The notes under the pieces were generated by a model, which was not told where the DNA came from, did no database searches, and saw only the letters and a list, made by a program, of their open reading frames with translations. From assembly GCA_002441125.1 (NCBI GenBank), contig DJVI01000015.1, positions 69,315 through 133,314 of the forward strand: a stretch of 64,000 bases of DNA. The letters run 5' to 3'. Each line of letters begins with the position of its first letter. The first letter of the stretch is position 1. This document shows, piece after piece, positions 37,074-47,100 of the stretch. This DNA is from a candidate division WOR-3 bacterium UBA6260. Its GTDB lineage: Bacteria; Hydrothermota; 32-111. Position numbers and translations under genes: made by a program.

Positions 37074-38181
37074 CTTTACCTCCTAAAAGTTCATCGAATG
37101 ATTTTTGACATTCTTTAAGAGATTCAATCAAGTTTTCAACTTTACTCATCTCGTCGGGTGTTTGAAGATTATCGTAAAGTGAAATCAATTCATCTATACT
37201 CTTTTTAATATCTCCCCTTTTAAAATATGCAAAAGAGTTATATTTTTTCATGAACTGATCATCAACTCCCTCATTTTTTGCAATCAGAGAATACTCGTTT
37301 ATCTTGTCAAACTGGTTTGTTGCAAAGAATGAATATATAATCATCCTGTAAGCTTCAACCTTTTTGGGATCCCTTTTTAGGTAATTTTTTAACTCGCTTA
37401 TAGCTTTATCGAAAAGCCCATCATCGAAATAATGTTTAGCTACATCAAAACTGTTCTCAACATCATCCTTCTTGTTTCCCTCAATAACAACTATCCCCAA
37501 TGTAATCATACCATATATCAGTTTTGCTATTTCAAACTCATCGCCATATTTTTCAGCTATATCCTTAATCGTGTTCTTTCCATTTATCATTGAAAATATT
37601 TCCCATTCTTTTGGTTTTAAATCGAGAAGATCCATCTTGTCTGGATTGTCTGAGATTTTTGGGACAACAGAAGAGTTTGGTATTTTTGCTGATAGTCTTG
37701 ACCATTCATCGATTCTTCTCGAACCTTCCATTATCAAAGATTCTGTTTTTATTTTAAATCTGAAAAGATTGTCAAGCACAAAATTACCTTCCTCAAATTT
37801 AAAATATCCTTCTCTCCACTCAAAAAGTTTGTAAATTGTATCCTCTATACGAAGCTGTAAAAATTTTCTAAACTCATTTTCACCCATTATGTTAATTTTT
37901 ATGATCTCTTTAGCTATCTCAACATCATCATTTTGAATTTTGTTGAGTATCCTTTCTTCATAAAACTCTTTCGTAATTTTTCCTGCTTTTATAAGGAGTA
38001 GTGGTAAGGTTTGTCCTTCGAGCCTAACAAAAACAACATTCCCATTTTCAAAATATACATTGGCTTTTTCATCTTTTGATGAATCGATTTTTAAAATACC
38101 ACTCTTCTGGTTAAAAGAGAGGATCTGAAAAAGATCTATAAGATTAAGTTCACTGATAGGTCCTTCTATAGCCAAAATCAC
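37066..38181 (-). CDS. DUF4388 N-terminal domain protein with C-terminal TPR-like repeats
   Basis: 371 aa. ISELNLIDLFQILSFNQKSGILKIDSSKDEKANVYFENGNVVFV is canonical DUF4388. C-terminal helical repeats (YFDDGLFDKAISELKNYLKRDPKKVEAYRMI). Confidence 0.6.
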   Translation of the reverse strand: MILAIEGPISELNLIDLFQILSFNQKSGILKIDSSKDEKANVYFENGNVVFVRLEGQTLPLLLIKAGKITKEFYEERILNKIQNDDVEIAKEIIKINIMGENEFRKFLQLRIEDTIYKLFEWREGYFKFEEGNFVLDNLFRFKIKTESLIMEGSRRIDEWSRLSAKIPNSSVVPKISDNPDKMDLLDLKPKEWEIFSMINGKNTIKDIAEKYGDEFEIAKLIYGMITLGIVVIEGNKKDDVENSFDVAKHYFDDGLFDKAISELKNYLKRDPKKVEAYRMIIYSFFATNQFDKINEYSLIAKNEGVDDQFMKKYNSFAYFKRGDIKKSIDELISLYDNLQTPDEMSKVENLIESLKECQKSFDELLGGKVE

Positions 38182-38183
38182 TC

Positions 38184-40892
38184 CTATTCAAAAATTGATA
38201 TCCAGTTTCTTGCAGCTTCAATCGCTTTTGCACTTTTTTGGGCAAATTCAGATTCTGGAGAATTTTTTAACACAGAGTTCCATCTCTCAATAGCCTCTTT
38301 TATATAACCTTCTTTTGCAATTATCTTAGCAAAGTTAAAATTAGCTTCAGGATTTGTAGGATCTAATTTTAAAGCGTTTTGATAAGCATCCTTTGCTACT
38401 TCAATATTTTCTATCTCTATACAAACTGAACCTATTCTTAAAAACGCTTTAAGGTTCGTTGGGTCTATCTGAACAATCCTTGTATATATCTGTATAGATT
38501 TTTCATAATCTTCAACTAATTCATACACGGTTGCAAGTTCCCAAAGATAGTTTAGATTATCAACATCTTTACTTATAAGTGATTCAAGAATTTTTATCGA
38601 ATCATCAAACATCTTCATTCTTCTCAAGACAAGAGCTTTTTTATAGAGAATATCAAGATTTTCACTATCCTTTTTCAGGATCCTTTCGTAGATTTCAAGT
38701 GCATCATTGTCCCTTCCCTGACTAACATAGATTTCAGACAGATTTGTAAGAGTTTCTACATTTTCAGGGTCCTTTAAAAGTATTTCTCCTATTATTTTTA
38801 TCGCTTCCTCAAGATTACCATCCTTCCATAAGAGCATAGAATAAAGGTTCAAAACATCTATCCTGTTTCTATCCCTTTCAACTATTTTTGAAATGTATTC
38901 TATAGGTTCAGAATAGATTCCTTTGTTGTAAAGTAACTTTGAAAGTTTCAAAACAACATTCTCATTCAAAGGAGATAAAGCGACAACTTTTCTGTAATAT
39001 TCTTCAGCCTCACCATATATCTCTTTTATGTTGTAAACATCACCTATTATTTCAAACATCTCAACATCATTTTCATCCTTCCTAACAACCTCGAAAGCGT
39101 TTTGTAAAGCCATGTCATATTCACCTTTTTGGAAGGATTCCTTAGCTTTCTTTCTCTTCTCTTCAAGTATATCAACCTCTTTTAACTTAACATCCTCTCT
39201 CTCAAAAGTATCATCCGTTTCCTCTTCAAAAACACCTGTAAAAATATCTGAACTTTTTTCTTCACCCATAGAAAAACCTTCAAGTTGTTCTGAAGATGTT
39301 ACCTGAACATCTTTTGATAAACTTCCACTTATCAGTACATCCACTTTATCAGCATAGTAATCAAGCCCGAGTTTATACCTCGTTTCAACATAGTAAGGGT
39401 TCAACCTTAAAGCTTCCTTGGTGTATTTCAAAGCATCCTCATACCTTCCAACCTTAGTTAGTGTGAAAGCTAAGTTATAGTAAGCTTCGGCGAAATTCTC
39501 ATCATATTGGATAGCTTTTTCAAAAACTTTTATAGCATCCTCATACTTCCCTTCCTCTCTATAAATTATTCCAAGATAGTTATAGGTTAAAGGATAATCT
39601 CCTTTTATTTCAAGAACTTTATCTATATATTTTTTTGCCTCAACAAAATTTTTATTTTCTATGAAAATTATTGATAGGTTCAAAAGTGCATCAACATAAT
39701 CATCCCTTATTTGAAGTGATTTGTTGAACATCTTTAAAGCTTCATCAGTCTTATTTTTATGAAGCATCGCTATACCGAGATTGTTGTAAGCCATAACATA
39801 GGTTGGATCAATTTTTATCGATCTGTTATAACATTCTATTGCATTATCTATATCACCTTTTTTATGGAAAGCTATACCCATATCGTTGTAAGCTTTTGCT
39901 GCAAATGATTCATCCTTGAAAGCGAGTTTGTACTCTTCTATAGCTTTATCGTTCTCACCCAAAAGTAGATATATTTCTCCTATCTGGATATGTATCAAAG
40001 CTCTATCAGGTTCTACAGCTTCAGCTTTTTTGAACTCTTTCAAAGCTTCGTTGAAAAGTCCTTTGTTTCTGAAACCTATTCCGAGTGTAAAGTAAGTTAA
40101 AAAACTATTTGGCTGAATTGAAACATTAGATTCTTCCTGAACAAAATTCTGATACATACCCTGTTGGTAAAAATCTATTCCAAGATTTGCCTGTGTTTTT
40201 CCATAAGCAGGGTTAAGTTTGATCGCCTTTTTAGTTTCCTTGATAGCATCATCAAAAAGCCCCTTCTCTCCATAAACAAAACCTAAAAGGAAATGTGCCT
40301 CTGCAAGATTCGGATCAAGTTCTAAAGCTTTTTGGAACTCTTTAATAGCTGAATCTAAGATTCCTTTATTATAATAAACCTCTCCAAGCATAGAATGTAT
40401 CTGTGCTGAATGGGGTTGTACCTTTAAAGATTTTCTGTACTCTTCTATAGAATCATCATACATACCTAACGATTTGTATATCTTTGCCAAATTCAATCTC
40501 GCATCGATAAAGGAAGGGTTAATCTTCAAAATCCTTTTGTATTCAGCTATAGCATCAAGTGATTTTCCCATATTGTTCAAAGCTTCAGCGAGTTTAAACC
40601 TTGTAGAAATATCCTCAGGGTCTTTTTCAAGTATATCTTTGTACTCTTTTATCTTCTCATCGTACATCCCTGTCTCTTTATAGATGAGTTCAAGGTTTTT
40701 CTTTGCAAGTGTGAATTTTGGATCTATAGCGAGAGCCTTTTCAAGTTCCTCTATCGCCTCATCGTACAAACCTTTGTTGTAATAAACAACAGCCAAATTG
40801 TTATGGGCACCAGCATCCTTTGGATCTATCCTTTGAGCAAAAGATTTTAAAACTTTCTTTTCAGCTTCTGAAATTTGAACCTGTTTTTTCAT
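38184..40892 (-). CDS. large TPR-repeat protein (902 aa)
   Basis: More than 20 tandem TPR units (AHNNLAVVYYNKGLYDEAIEELEKALAIDPKF... repeated throughout). No TM. Confidence 0.75.
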   Translation of the reverse strand: MKKQVQISEAEKKVLKSFAQRIDPKDAGAHNNLAVVYYNKGLYDEAIEELEKALAIDPKFTLAKKNLELIYKETGMYDEKIKEYKDILEKDPEDISTRFKLAEALNNMGKSLDAIAEYKRILKINPSFIDARLNLAKIYKSLGMYDDSIEEYRKSLKVQPHSAQIHSMLGEVYYNKGILDSAIKEFQKALELDPNLAEAHFLLGFVYGEKGLFDDAIKETKKAIKLNPAYGKTQANLGIDFYQQGMYQNFVQEESNVSIQPNSFLTYFTLGIGFRNKGLFNEALKEFKKAEAVEPDRALIHIQIGEIYLLLGENDKAIEEYKLAFKDESFAAKAYNDMGIAFHKKGDIDNAIECYNRSIKIDPTYVMAYNNLGIAMLHKNKTDEALKMFNKSLQIRDDYVDALLNLSIIFIENKNFVEAKKYIDKVLEIKGDYPLTYNYLGIIYREEGKYEDAIKVFEKAIQYDENFAEAYYNLAFTLTKVGRYEDALKYTKEALRLNPYYVETRYKLGLDYYADKVDVLISGSLSKDVQVTSSEQLEGFSMGEEKSSDIFTGVFEEETDDTFEREDVKLKEVDILEEKRKKAKESFQKGEYDMALQNAFEVVRKDENDVEMFEIIGDVYNIKEIYGEAEEYYRKVVALSPLNENVVLKLSKLLYNKGIYSEPIEYISKIVERDRNRIDVLNLYSMLLWKDGNLEEAIKIIGEILLKDPENVETLTNLSEIYVSQGRDNDALEIYERILKKDSENLDILYKKALVLRRMKMFDDSIKILESLISKDVDNLNYLWELATVYELVEDYEKSIQIYTRIVQIDPTNLKAFLRIGSVCIEIENIEVAKDAYQNALKLDPTNPEANFNFAKIIAKEGYIKEAIERWNSVLKNSPESEFAQKSAKAIEAARNWISIFE

Positions 40893-40897
40893 TCAAC

Positions 40898-41515
40898 CTA
40901 CCTGTTTAAAAAATCGAGAAGTTTTTTCAAAGAGATCGGATCAGGTAAAAGTATAAGATATCCTTTCAAAGGCTGTGGATCATCCTCAAAGGTGAATTCT
41001 GTCTCTACACAGAAAACCACATCCTTGTTAGAACTGAAATCTATATAAGCTGAAGTTATAACCGCTGATCCTATATCTATAACAAGATTTGGTACTGATG
41101 GGAGTATCAGCATGTTCAAAAAATCACTCATAGCTGTTAGGTATGAACTTATAACTATATTTGCAACCTCTTTGATAGCTGATTGCTCTATCTCACTTAA
41201 AATGGTTGTGGATCCAACAGTTTTTCCCATTACCATATCAACAAGAAGCATTGACTCATCTCTTGGGAATATGAGTAGAGTTCTACCTGTAAGATCACCA
41301 AGAAACTTAACAAGAACTCCGGTGACTATCTCATCCTGATTGTTTATTATTCTGTAAATCTCTTCAGAGGAGATTATGTGAACCTTTGGAACGGAAACCA
41401 TAACCCTCTTATTTACAAGTTGGGAGAGAACCGTTGCGGCATGTCCTCCTCCAATATTAGATATCTCTTTGATACCATCAAGATGAAAATCTTTTAAGTT
41501 GTTAAAATCAATCAT
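40898..41515 (-). CDS. cheC: CheC-family chemotaxis phosphatase
   Basis: 205 aa. Two CheC-type repeats (EISNIGGGHAATVLSQLVNKRV; EIEQSAIKEVANIVISSYLTAMS). Confidence 0.7.
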   Translation of the reverse strand: MIDFNNLKDFHLDGIKEISNIGGGHAATVLSQLVNKRVMVSVPKVHIISSEEIYRIINNQDEIVTGVLVKFLGDLTGRTLLIFPRDESMLLVDMVMGKTVGSTTILSEIEQSAIKEVANIVISSYLTAMSDFLNMLILPSVPNLVIDIGSAVITSAYIDFSSNKDVVFCVETEFTFEDDPQPLKGYLILLPDPISLKKLLDFLNR

Positions 41516-41518
41516 AAA

Positions 41519-43393
41519 TTACCCCTCTTTAGCCATCGATACAACTCCGGGAACATCAACTATGAAAGATGGCATTCCATTGTTTAATATTGATACACCT
41601 GCAAGCCCATGGATACCTGAAAGTATCCCTTTTAAAGGCTTTACAACTACCTCAGATTGTTCCATAAAACTATCAACAAGTATCCCATAGAAAGACTCAT
41701 CGACTTCAACAAGAACTATAGAATATTTTTCTCTCTCTCCAGTATTCTCACATTTGAAAATATTTGATAACCTAACAAGTGGTATAACCTCATCTCTCAA
41801 AACAAATACTTCTTTACCCATTATAGTGAAAATATCTTCCTTTTTAATATCTATTGTTTCAACTATATGTGATAGAGGAATTATATATGTCTCATCACTA
41901 ACCTTAACTATCAATGTTTTTATTATTGCAAGTGTAAGAGGTAGTTTTAAAGTGAATGTTGTTCCCTTGTTTTTCTGTGATGAGATTTCAAGTGTTCCTC
42001 CTATCTGTTTTAGAACATTATAAACCGCACCAACTCCAACACCTCTTCCAGATATATCGTTTACTTCCTCTTTAGTTGAGAAACCTTCACTCGTGATGAA
42101 AGAATAGATATCGTTTTCACTCAGATGTTGAACCTTTTCTTCATCTACCAAATTCAAAGATAAAGCTTTTTCAATTATTTTATTTTTATCCAACCCTTTG
42201 CCATCATCTGAAACAATAATCAATACACCGTTTTTAACTCTCTTAGCTTCGAGAATAATATTACCTGTCTCATCCTTTTTGTTTTTCAACCTTTCTTCCG
42301 GGCTTTCTATACCATGATCAACAGCATTCTTTAAAAGATGCAACAAAGGATCAGCCAAAGAATTCAGAATAGCCCTATCAAGTTCAATATCCTTTCCCTT
42401 TATTATAAAGTTTATCTTTTTTTTCAATCTATTTGAAAGATCCCTGATATATCTTGGATACCTGTCAAAAACCTGTCCAACAGGGACCATCCTTATTTTC
42501 ATTATCTCATCCTGAATGTTTGAAATGATCTTTGATGTTGAATTCAATGAATTTATCAACTCTTCGTTCTGTAAAGAGTAAGCTATCTGTTGTAACCTTC
42601 CTCTCGCTATTACAAGTTCGGAAGCATAATTTTGAAGGTTATCCAACCTTTCAAGTGAAACTTTTATATCCTTTTTTTCGATAACCGTTTCCTGTTCGTT
42701 TTTAATCTCCTCTTTTAAAACAAAAGCATCTTTTATTTCTGGAATCCCTTTTATCTCTTCTATTATACTGTTTATCTGGGGTGTATCTTTGATGAAGATC
42801 TTTATCTCATCTTTAAAGTTCTCCTTCATTATGGAATCAAAATCTGGATCACTTTTTATGTAAAGTTTTTTATCCTGTAAATTTTTAATCACCACAAACG
42901 CTCGTGCAGATTTTAATACAACATCGTCAGCAAAAATAATTTTAATAACCTTTTCTGAAAGTGAAATCCTTTCAGGTTCTTTTTTCTCTTTCCTTTCCTC
43001 AACTATATTCTTTTCCTTAATAGTTTCAGAACCTGTTTTTATAGATTCTATCACCTTTAAAAAACTTTTTATTATGTTCTCATCTATCTGACTTTTATGA
43101 ACTAAAGATTGAATGTAGTCTGTTCCCTTTAAAAGTAGATCTACAAGTTCAGAACTGACCTGTAATTTTTCGCTCCTTATAAGATCCATAACATCTTCTA
43201 TTGAGTGAGAAATTTTTGTTATAGAAGAATAGCCCATCGAAGCTGCCATGCCTTTTATAGTATGCATACCTCTAAAAATGGAATTTATAGCCTCGATGTC
43301 GTTCATATCCTTTTCAAGTTTCAAGATGGAATCTGAAACTTGTTCGAGGTATTCCTCAGCTTCACTTATGAACAATTCTTCATAGTTTGTCAT
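41519..43393 (-). CDS. cheA: chemotaxis histidine kinase CheA
   Basis: 624 aa. P1 Hpt (MHTIKGMAASMG), P3/P4 HATPase (HLLKNAVDHGIE...GRGVGVGAV), P5 CheW-like C-terminus. Confidence 0.9.
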   Translation of the reverse strand: MTNYEELFISEAEEYLEQVSDSILKLEKDMNDIEAINSIFRGMHTIKGMAASMGYSSITKISHSIEDVMDLIRSEKLQVSSELVDLLLKGTDYIQSLVHKSQIDENIIKSFLKVIESIKTGSETIKEKNIVEERKEKKEPERISLSEKVIKIIFADDVVLKSARAFVVIKNLQDKKLYIKSDPDFDSIMKENFKDEIKIFIKDTPQINSIIEEIKGIPEIKDAFVLKEEIKNEQETVIEKKDIKVSLERLDNLQNYASELVIARGRLQQIAYSLQNEELINSLNSTSKIISNIQDEIMKIRMVPVGQVFDRYPRYIRDLSNRLKKKINFIIKGKDIELDRAILNSLADPLLHLLKNAVDHGIESPEERLKNKKDETGNIILEAKRVKNGVLIIVSDDGKGLDKNKIIEKALSLNLVDEEKVQHLSENDIYSFITSEGFSTKEEVNDISGRGVGVGAVYNVLKQIGGTLEISSQKNKGTTFTLKLPLTLAIIKTLIVKVSDETYIIPLSHIVETIDIKKEDIFTIMGKEVFVLRDEVIPLVRLSNIFKCENTGEREKYSIVLVEVDESFYGILVDSFMEQSEVVVKPLKGILSGIHGLAGVSILNNGMPSFIVDVPGVVSMAKEG

Positions 43394-43396
43394 ATT

Positions 43397-43765
43397 CTAT
43401 TTCAAATTTAACACTCTGTTAACAGATTCAAGAACTCTTGATGGTTGGAAAGGTTTTACTACAAAATCTTTAGCACCAGCCTGTATAGCTTCGACAACAA
43501 GTGATTGTTGCCCCATAGCTGAAACCATAAGAATTTTTGCGTTTGGAAACTCTTTGATGATTTCTCTTACAGCATCGATTCCAGACATATCTGGCATTAT
43601 GATGTCCATAGTAACAAGATCAGGCTGCAATTCTCTATACATCTGAACAGCCTGTGATCCTGTACCAGCCTCTCCACAGATTTCGAACCCCTCTTTCTTC
43701 AAAATATCTGCGATCATCCTTCTCATAAAAATCGCGTCATCAACGATTAGCACCCTTGTAGACAT
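43397..43765 (-). CDS. cheY: chemotaxis response regulator CheY
   Basis: 122 aa receiver; RVLIVDDAIFMRRMI, phospho-Asp context LVTMDIIMPDMSG, K at +~50. Confidence 0.9.
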   Translation of the reverse strand: MSTRVLIVDDAIFMRRMIADILKKEGFEICGEAGTGSQAVQMYRELQPDLVTMDIIMPDMSGIDAVREIIKEFPNAKILMVSAMGQQSLVVEAIQAGAKDFVVKPFQPSRVLESVNRVLNLK

Positions 43766-43776
43766 ATTTTTTCCTC

Positions 43777-44175
43777 CTAATTTTTATTGATGATATTTTT
43801 CAAATTTAATATTATAATCTCTTTACCATCTTTTTCAACAAATCCTTTTATATACTCACCTTCACTTTCTTCCTCTTTAACTTTGGTAACATTTATTATA
43901 CCCTCTATATTATCAACAAGAAGTCCATATTTTTCTTTATCCTTTTCACAAATAATTATATAATTTTCTTCAACCTTTTTGTTTATCTTCAACTTTTTCT
44001 TCAAAGAGATCAAAACTACAACATCTCCTCTTAAATTTATAACACTCTCTATATAATCTTGGGCATTTGGAATCCTTATCCCATTCATTTTTTCATATAT
44101 ATCTATGATATCCGATATGTTTATCCCGTATATCTTTCCTTCAATTTTAAAAGTTATATACTGTTCATTTGCCAT
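43777..44175 (-). CDS. cheW: chemotaxis coupling protein CheW
   Basis: Start moved to MANEQYITFKIEG (ATG at 44175) behind an AGGAG RBS. The track ORF extends to 44217 and overlaps the MCP gene. Confidence 0.8.
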   Translation of the reverse strand: MANEQYITFKIEGKIYGINISDIIDIYEKMNGIRIPNAQDYIESVINLRGDVVVLISLKKKLKINKKVEENYIIICEKDKEKYGLLVDNIEGIINVTKVKEEESEGEYIKGFVEKDGKEIIILNLKNIINKN

Positions 44176-47100
44176 TTTCTTCAATCTCCTTCCAAGTGTA
44201 TTCGATAGGCAAAGCACTTAAAGGATGTGCATAGAAGCCATGTACTTTTTCACTGATAGCGATCTGTTTATAGTTATGAGTTAAAAATACCCAGGGAGCA
44301 TCATCTACTATAATTTTTTCAATATCCTGATAAAGTTTGTTTCTCTCTTCAAAGTTTGTAGTCATTCTCGCTTTCAAAATAAGATTATCAACCTCTCTGT
44401 TTGAATAGAATGAGTTGTTACCACCATCTCCAAAACTCTCACTATGGAAAAGTGGATAAAGGAAATTGTCTGGTTCACCTGTATCACCAGCCCATCCCAT
44501 CATAAAAAGATCACATTTACCAGAATGCATCCTATCTAAAAGTTCAACCCACTTCAAAGGTACTATTTTTATTTTTATACCTATCTGTTGCCACATATCC
44601 TGTAAGAGTTCAGCCCTCTTCAAAACCCTTTCAGAATTTGAACATATCATCTCAAAATGGTGTTTTATACCGTCAGAAAAACCTGCCTTTATCATAAGTT
44701 CTTTTGCTTTTGATATGTTATAAGGATAACCTTCTTGCGATTTATTGTAACATTGGAGTGATGGTGGAAAAACTCCCTTGGAGATTATACCGAGCCCGAA
44801 CATAGTTTCGTTTATATACCTCGATTTATCTGTAGCATAGTTTATCGCTTTTCTGACTTCTTTTGTAAGTGTGATCTCGTTTTTCCTTGAAAAGTTGAAG
44901 CCAACATATTGGACATCCAAGGAAGGAATAGTTAAAACTTTTATATCCAATCTGTTCAATTTTTTTAGTTTTTCAAGGTCCTCAGCGTTGACTGAACAAT
45001 AATCAATATTTTTTGAAAGTAGTTCCTCAAATTCATCCTCTTCCCTTTTAATTTTAATTTCAACATTCTCTACAAAAGGTTCACCACCAAAATAATGTTT
45101 GTTTGATTCCATTAAAATTCTTTCGTCATCAACATATTTCATAACGAAAGGTCCACAACCTATACAGTTATTTTTCATCTTCTCATCTGAAAATTTAACC
45201 ATATCCTTTTTAATTATGGAAAGAGATATAACAGCAAGGTTTGAAAGGAAAGGAATATATGGATAATCTAAAACGAACTTAACGGTATGGTCATCTATAA
45301 CCTCTATACCTTCAACATCCCTTGCTCTCCTCTTTATATAGTTCTGTGCTCCTTTTATCATGTTAACGAAAGAAGAGTTTGGAGTCAAAAGGACATTTTT
45401 AAAACTCTCTTTTACATCCTCTGCTGTAACTGGAGTGCCATCATGGAAATAAGCGTTCTCCCTTAAGAAAAAAATCCATTCTGTTGCATCTGAGTTTATA
45501 TGCCAATATTTTGCAAGTGCTGGAACAACATTGGTATCCTTTCCGAATTTTACAAGACCTGAATGTATCTGTTGTAAAATTGTGTTACTCGTAGAATCAC
45601 CAACAAGTGCAGGATGCCAATGAACAGGAAGATTGTTCATTATAAACTTGAATCTGTTCTTCTCTGGATTCCTTTTAATTATAAATTTTTGTGAAATAGT
45701 ATCCTGTATACCTCTTAACATCTTCAAAGAATCATCACTTTTTAAAATATCGTTTTTAAAAATCTTGTTTAGTTCTTCAGCCATCTGGTTTATTTTTTCA
45801 GATTTCGCTATTATATTTTTGTAAAGTTTTACTATATCATCCTTTAATTTTTCCTGCTGGGTGATAGAGTCGTATATCTCTTTTAAAAGATTTTTAAAAT
45901 TCTCAGCTGAATCTTTTACATCGTTCACAACTTTACTACTCGTTTCTATTGAAAAGATTATCTTTTTAGCAGAATCGAGTTCTTTATCGACAATATTCAA
46001 AACATCCAAAAGAAGATTTTCCATATTCTTCACTATATTTTTTATCTCCAAAGAAGCGTCTGTGGCTTTTTTGATCAATTCCTTTGTTTGTGAAACTATA
46101 ACCGCAAGATTCTGTTGATATTTGCCAGATCTTGCAGCCTCAATCGAAGCATAAAGTGAAAGCAGCCTTGTCTGTTCTGACAATTCTTTCAACTCAATAC
46201 TGGTTTCAAAGATGAGTTTCAAATTTATCGATATATCGTTGAAATCATCTTTAAGGTTTAAAATCATATTGAGAGTTTTCTCTATTTCACTTTTAACATT
46301 GATAATACTTGTTGAGAACTCGTTAACAGCCCCAAGTAGCAGATTCAGATTATCCTCTATCTCACCAACATTTTTGATCATAAGTTGTTCGCTCTCTTCT
46401 ATAGATTCTATAGCTTGGAAATAGTTCTTAACAACTTTTGATTGTTCCTCATTCCTCTCGATAAAATCCCTTATAACACTCATGGTCTGATCTATGATAT
46501 TCTTACTGTTTTCAAGAGTTATCTCTATCTTTTTGAACATCTTCAACTCTGTAGATATTGAATTATCTATAGATTTTTTTCCGTATATAAGATCGGAAAG
46601 AGGATCAAGTTGTTGCATCAGATTCGACAATCCTATTTTAACATCAGATTGTGTTTTAACCATAGTGAGAAGTTTCTCTGTCGATTGTAATGAAACATCT
46701 ACTATATTTTGGACACTCCTGTTAAGATCGTTTATGAGATTTTTGTTTTTATCCTGAATGTTTATATACTCTTTCATCCTATCAGATTTGGATACAATAT
46801 CTAAAAGGTTCATCTGAACATTTTTCAACCTGAAACTCAAAAGATCTATATTTCTTTTTAAAGTGTCTATTTTGTATGAAACATTATCAACTGATTCAAC
46901 AACTTTTTCAGTTTTCACTTTTATATTTTCTATACTTTCAGGAATCCTTTTTGGTAGGTTGAATGTTTTATTTGCGAGAAGAAGCATCCTGTCAGCTATA
47001 ACCTCAAATCCCTTTCCACTCTCTCCAGCATGGTAAGATTTAATACCAGCGTTCCTTGCAGCTGATTCTGTCATCTGCGCTATTCCAATTATGATTTCAG

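Noticed and set aside
43777-44217. 53-nt overlap between the CheW ORF and the end of the MCP gene
   Set aside because: CheW homology begins at the internal Met (MANEQYITFKIEG), which has an AGGAG RBS. The upstream extension is spurious.
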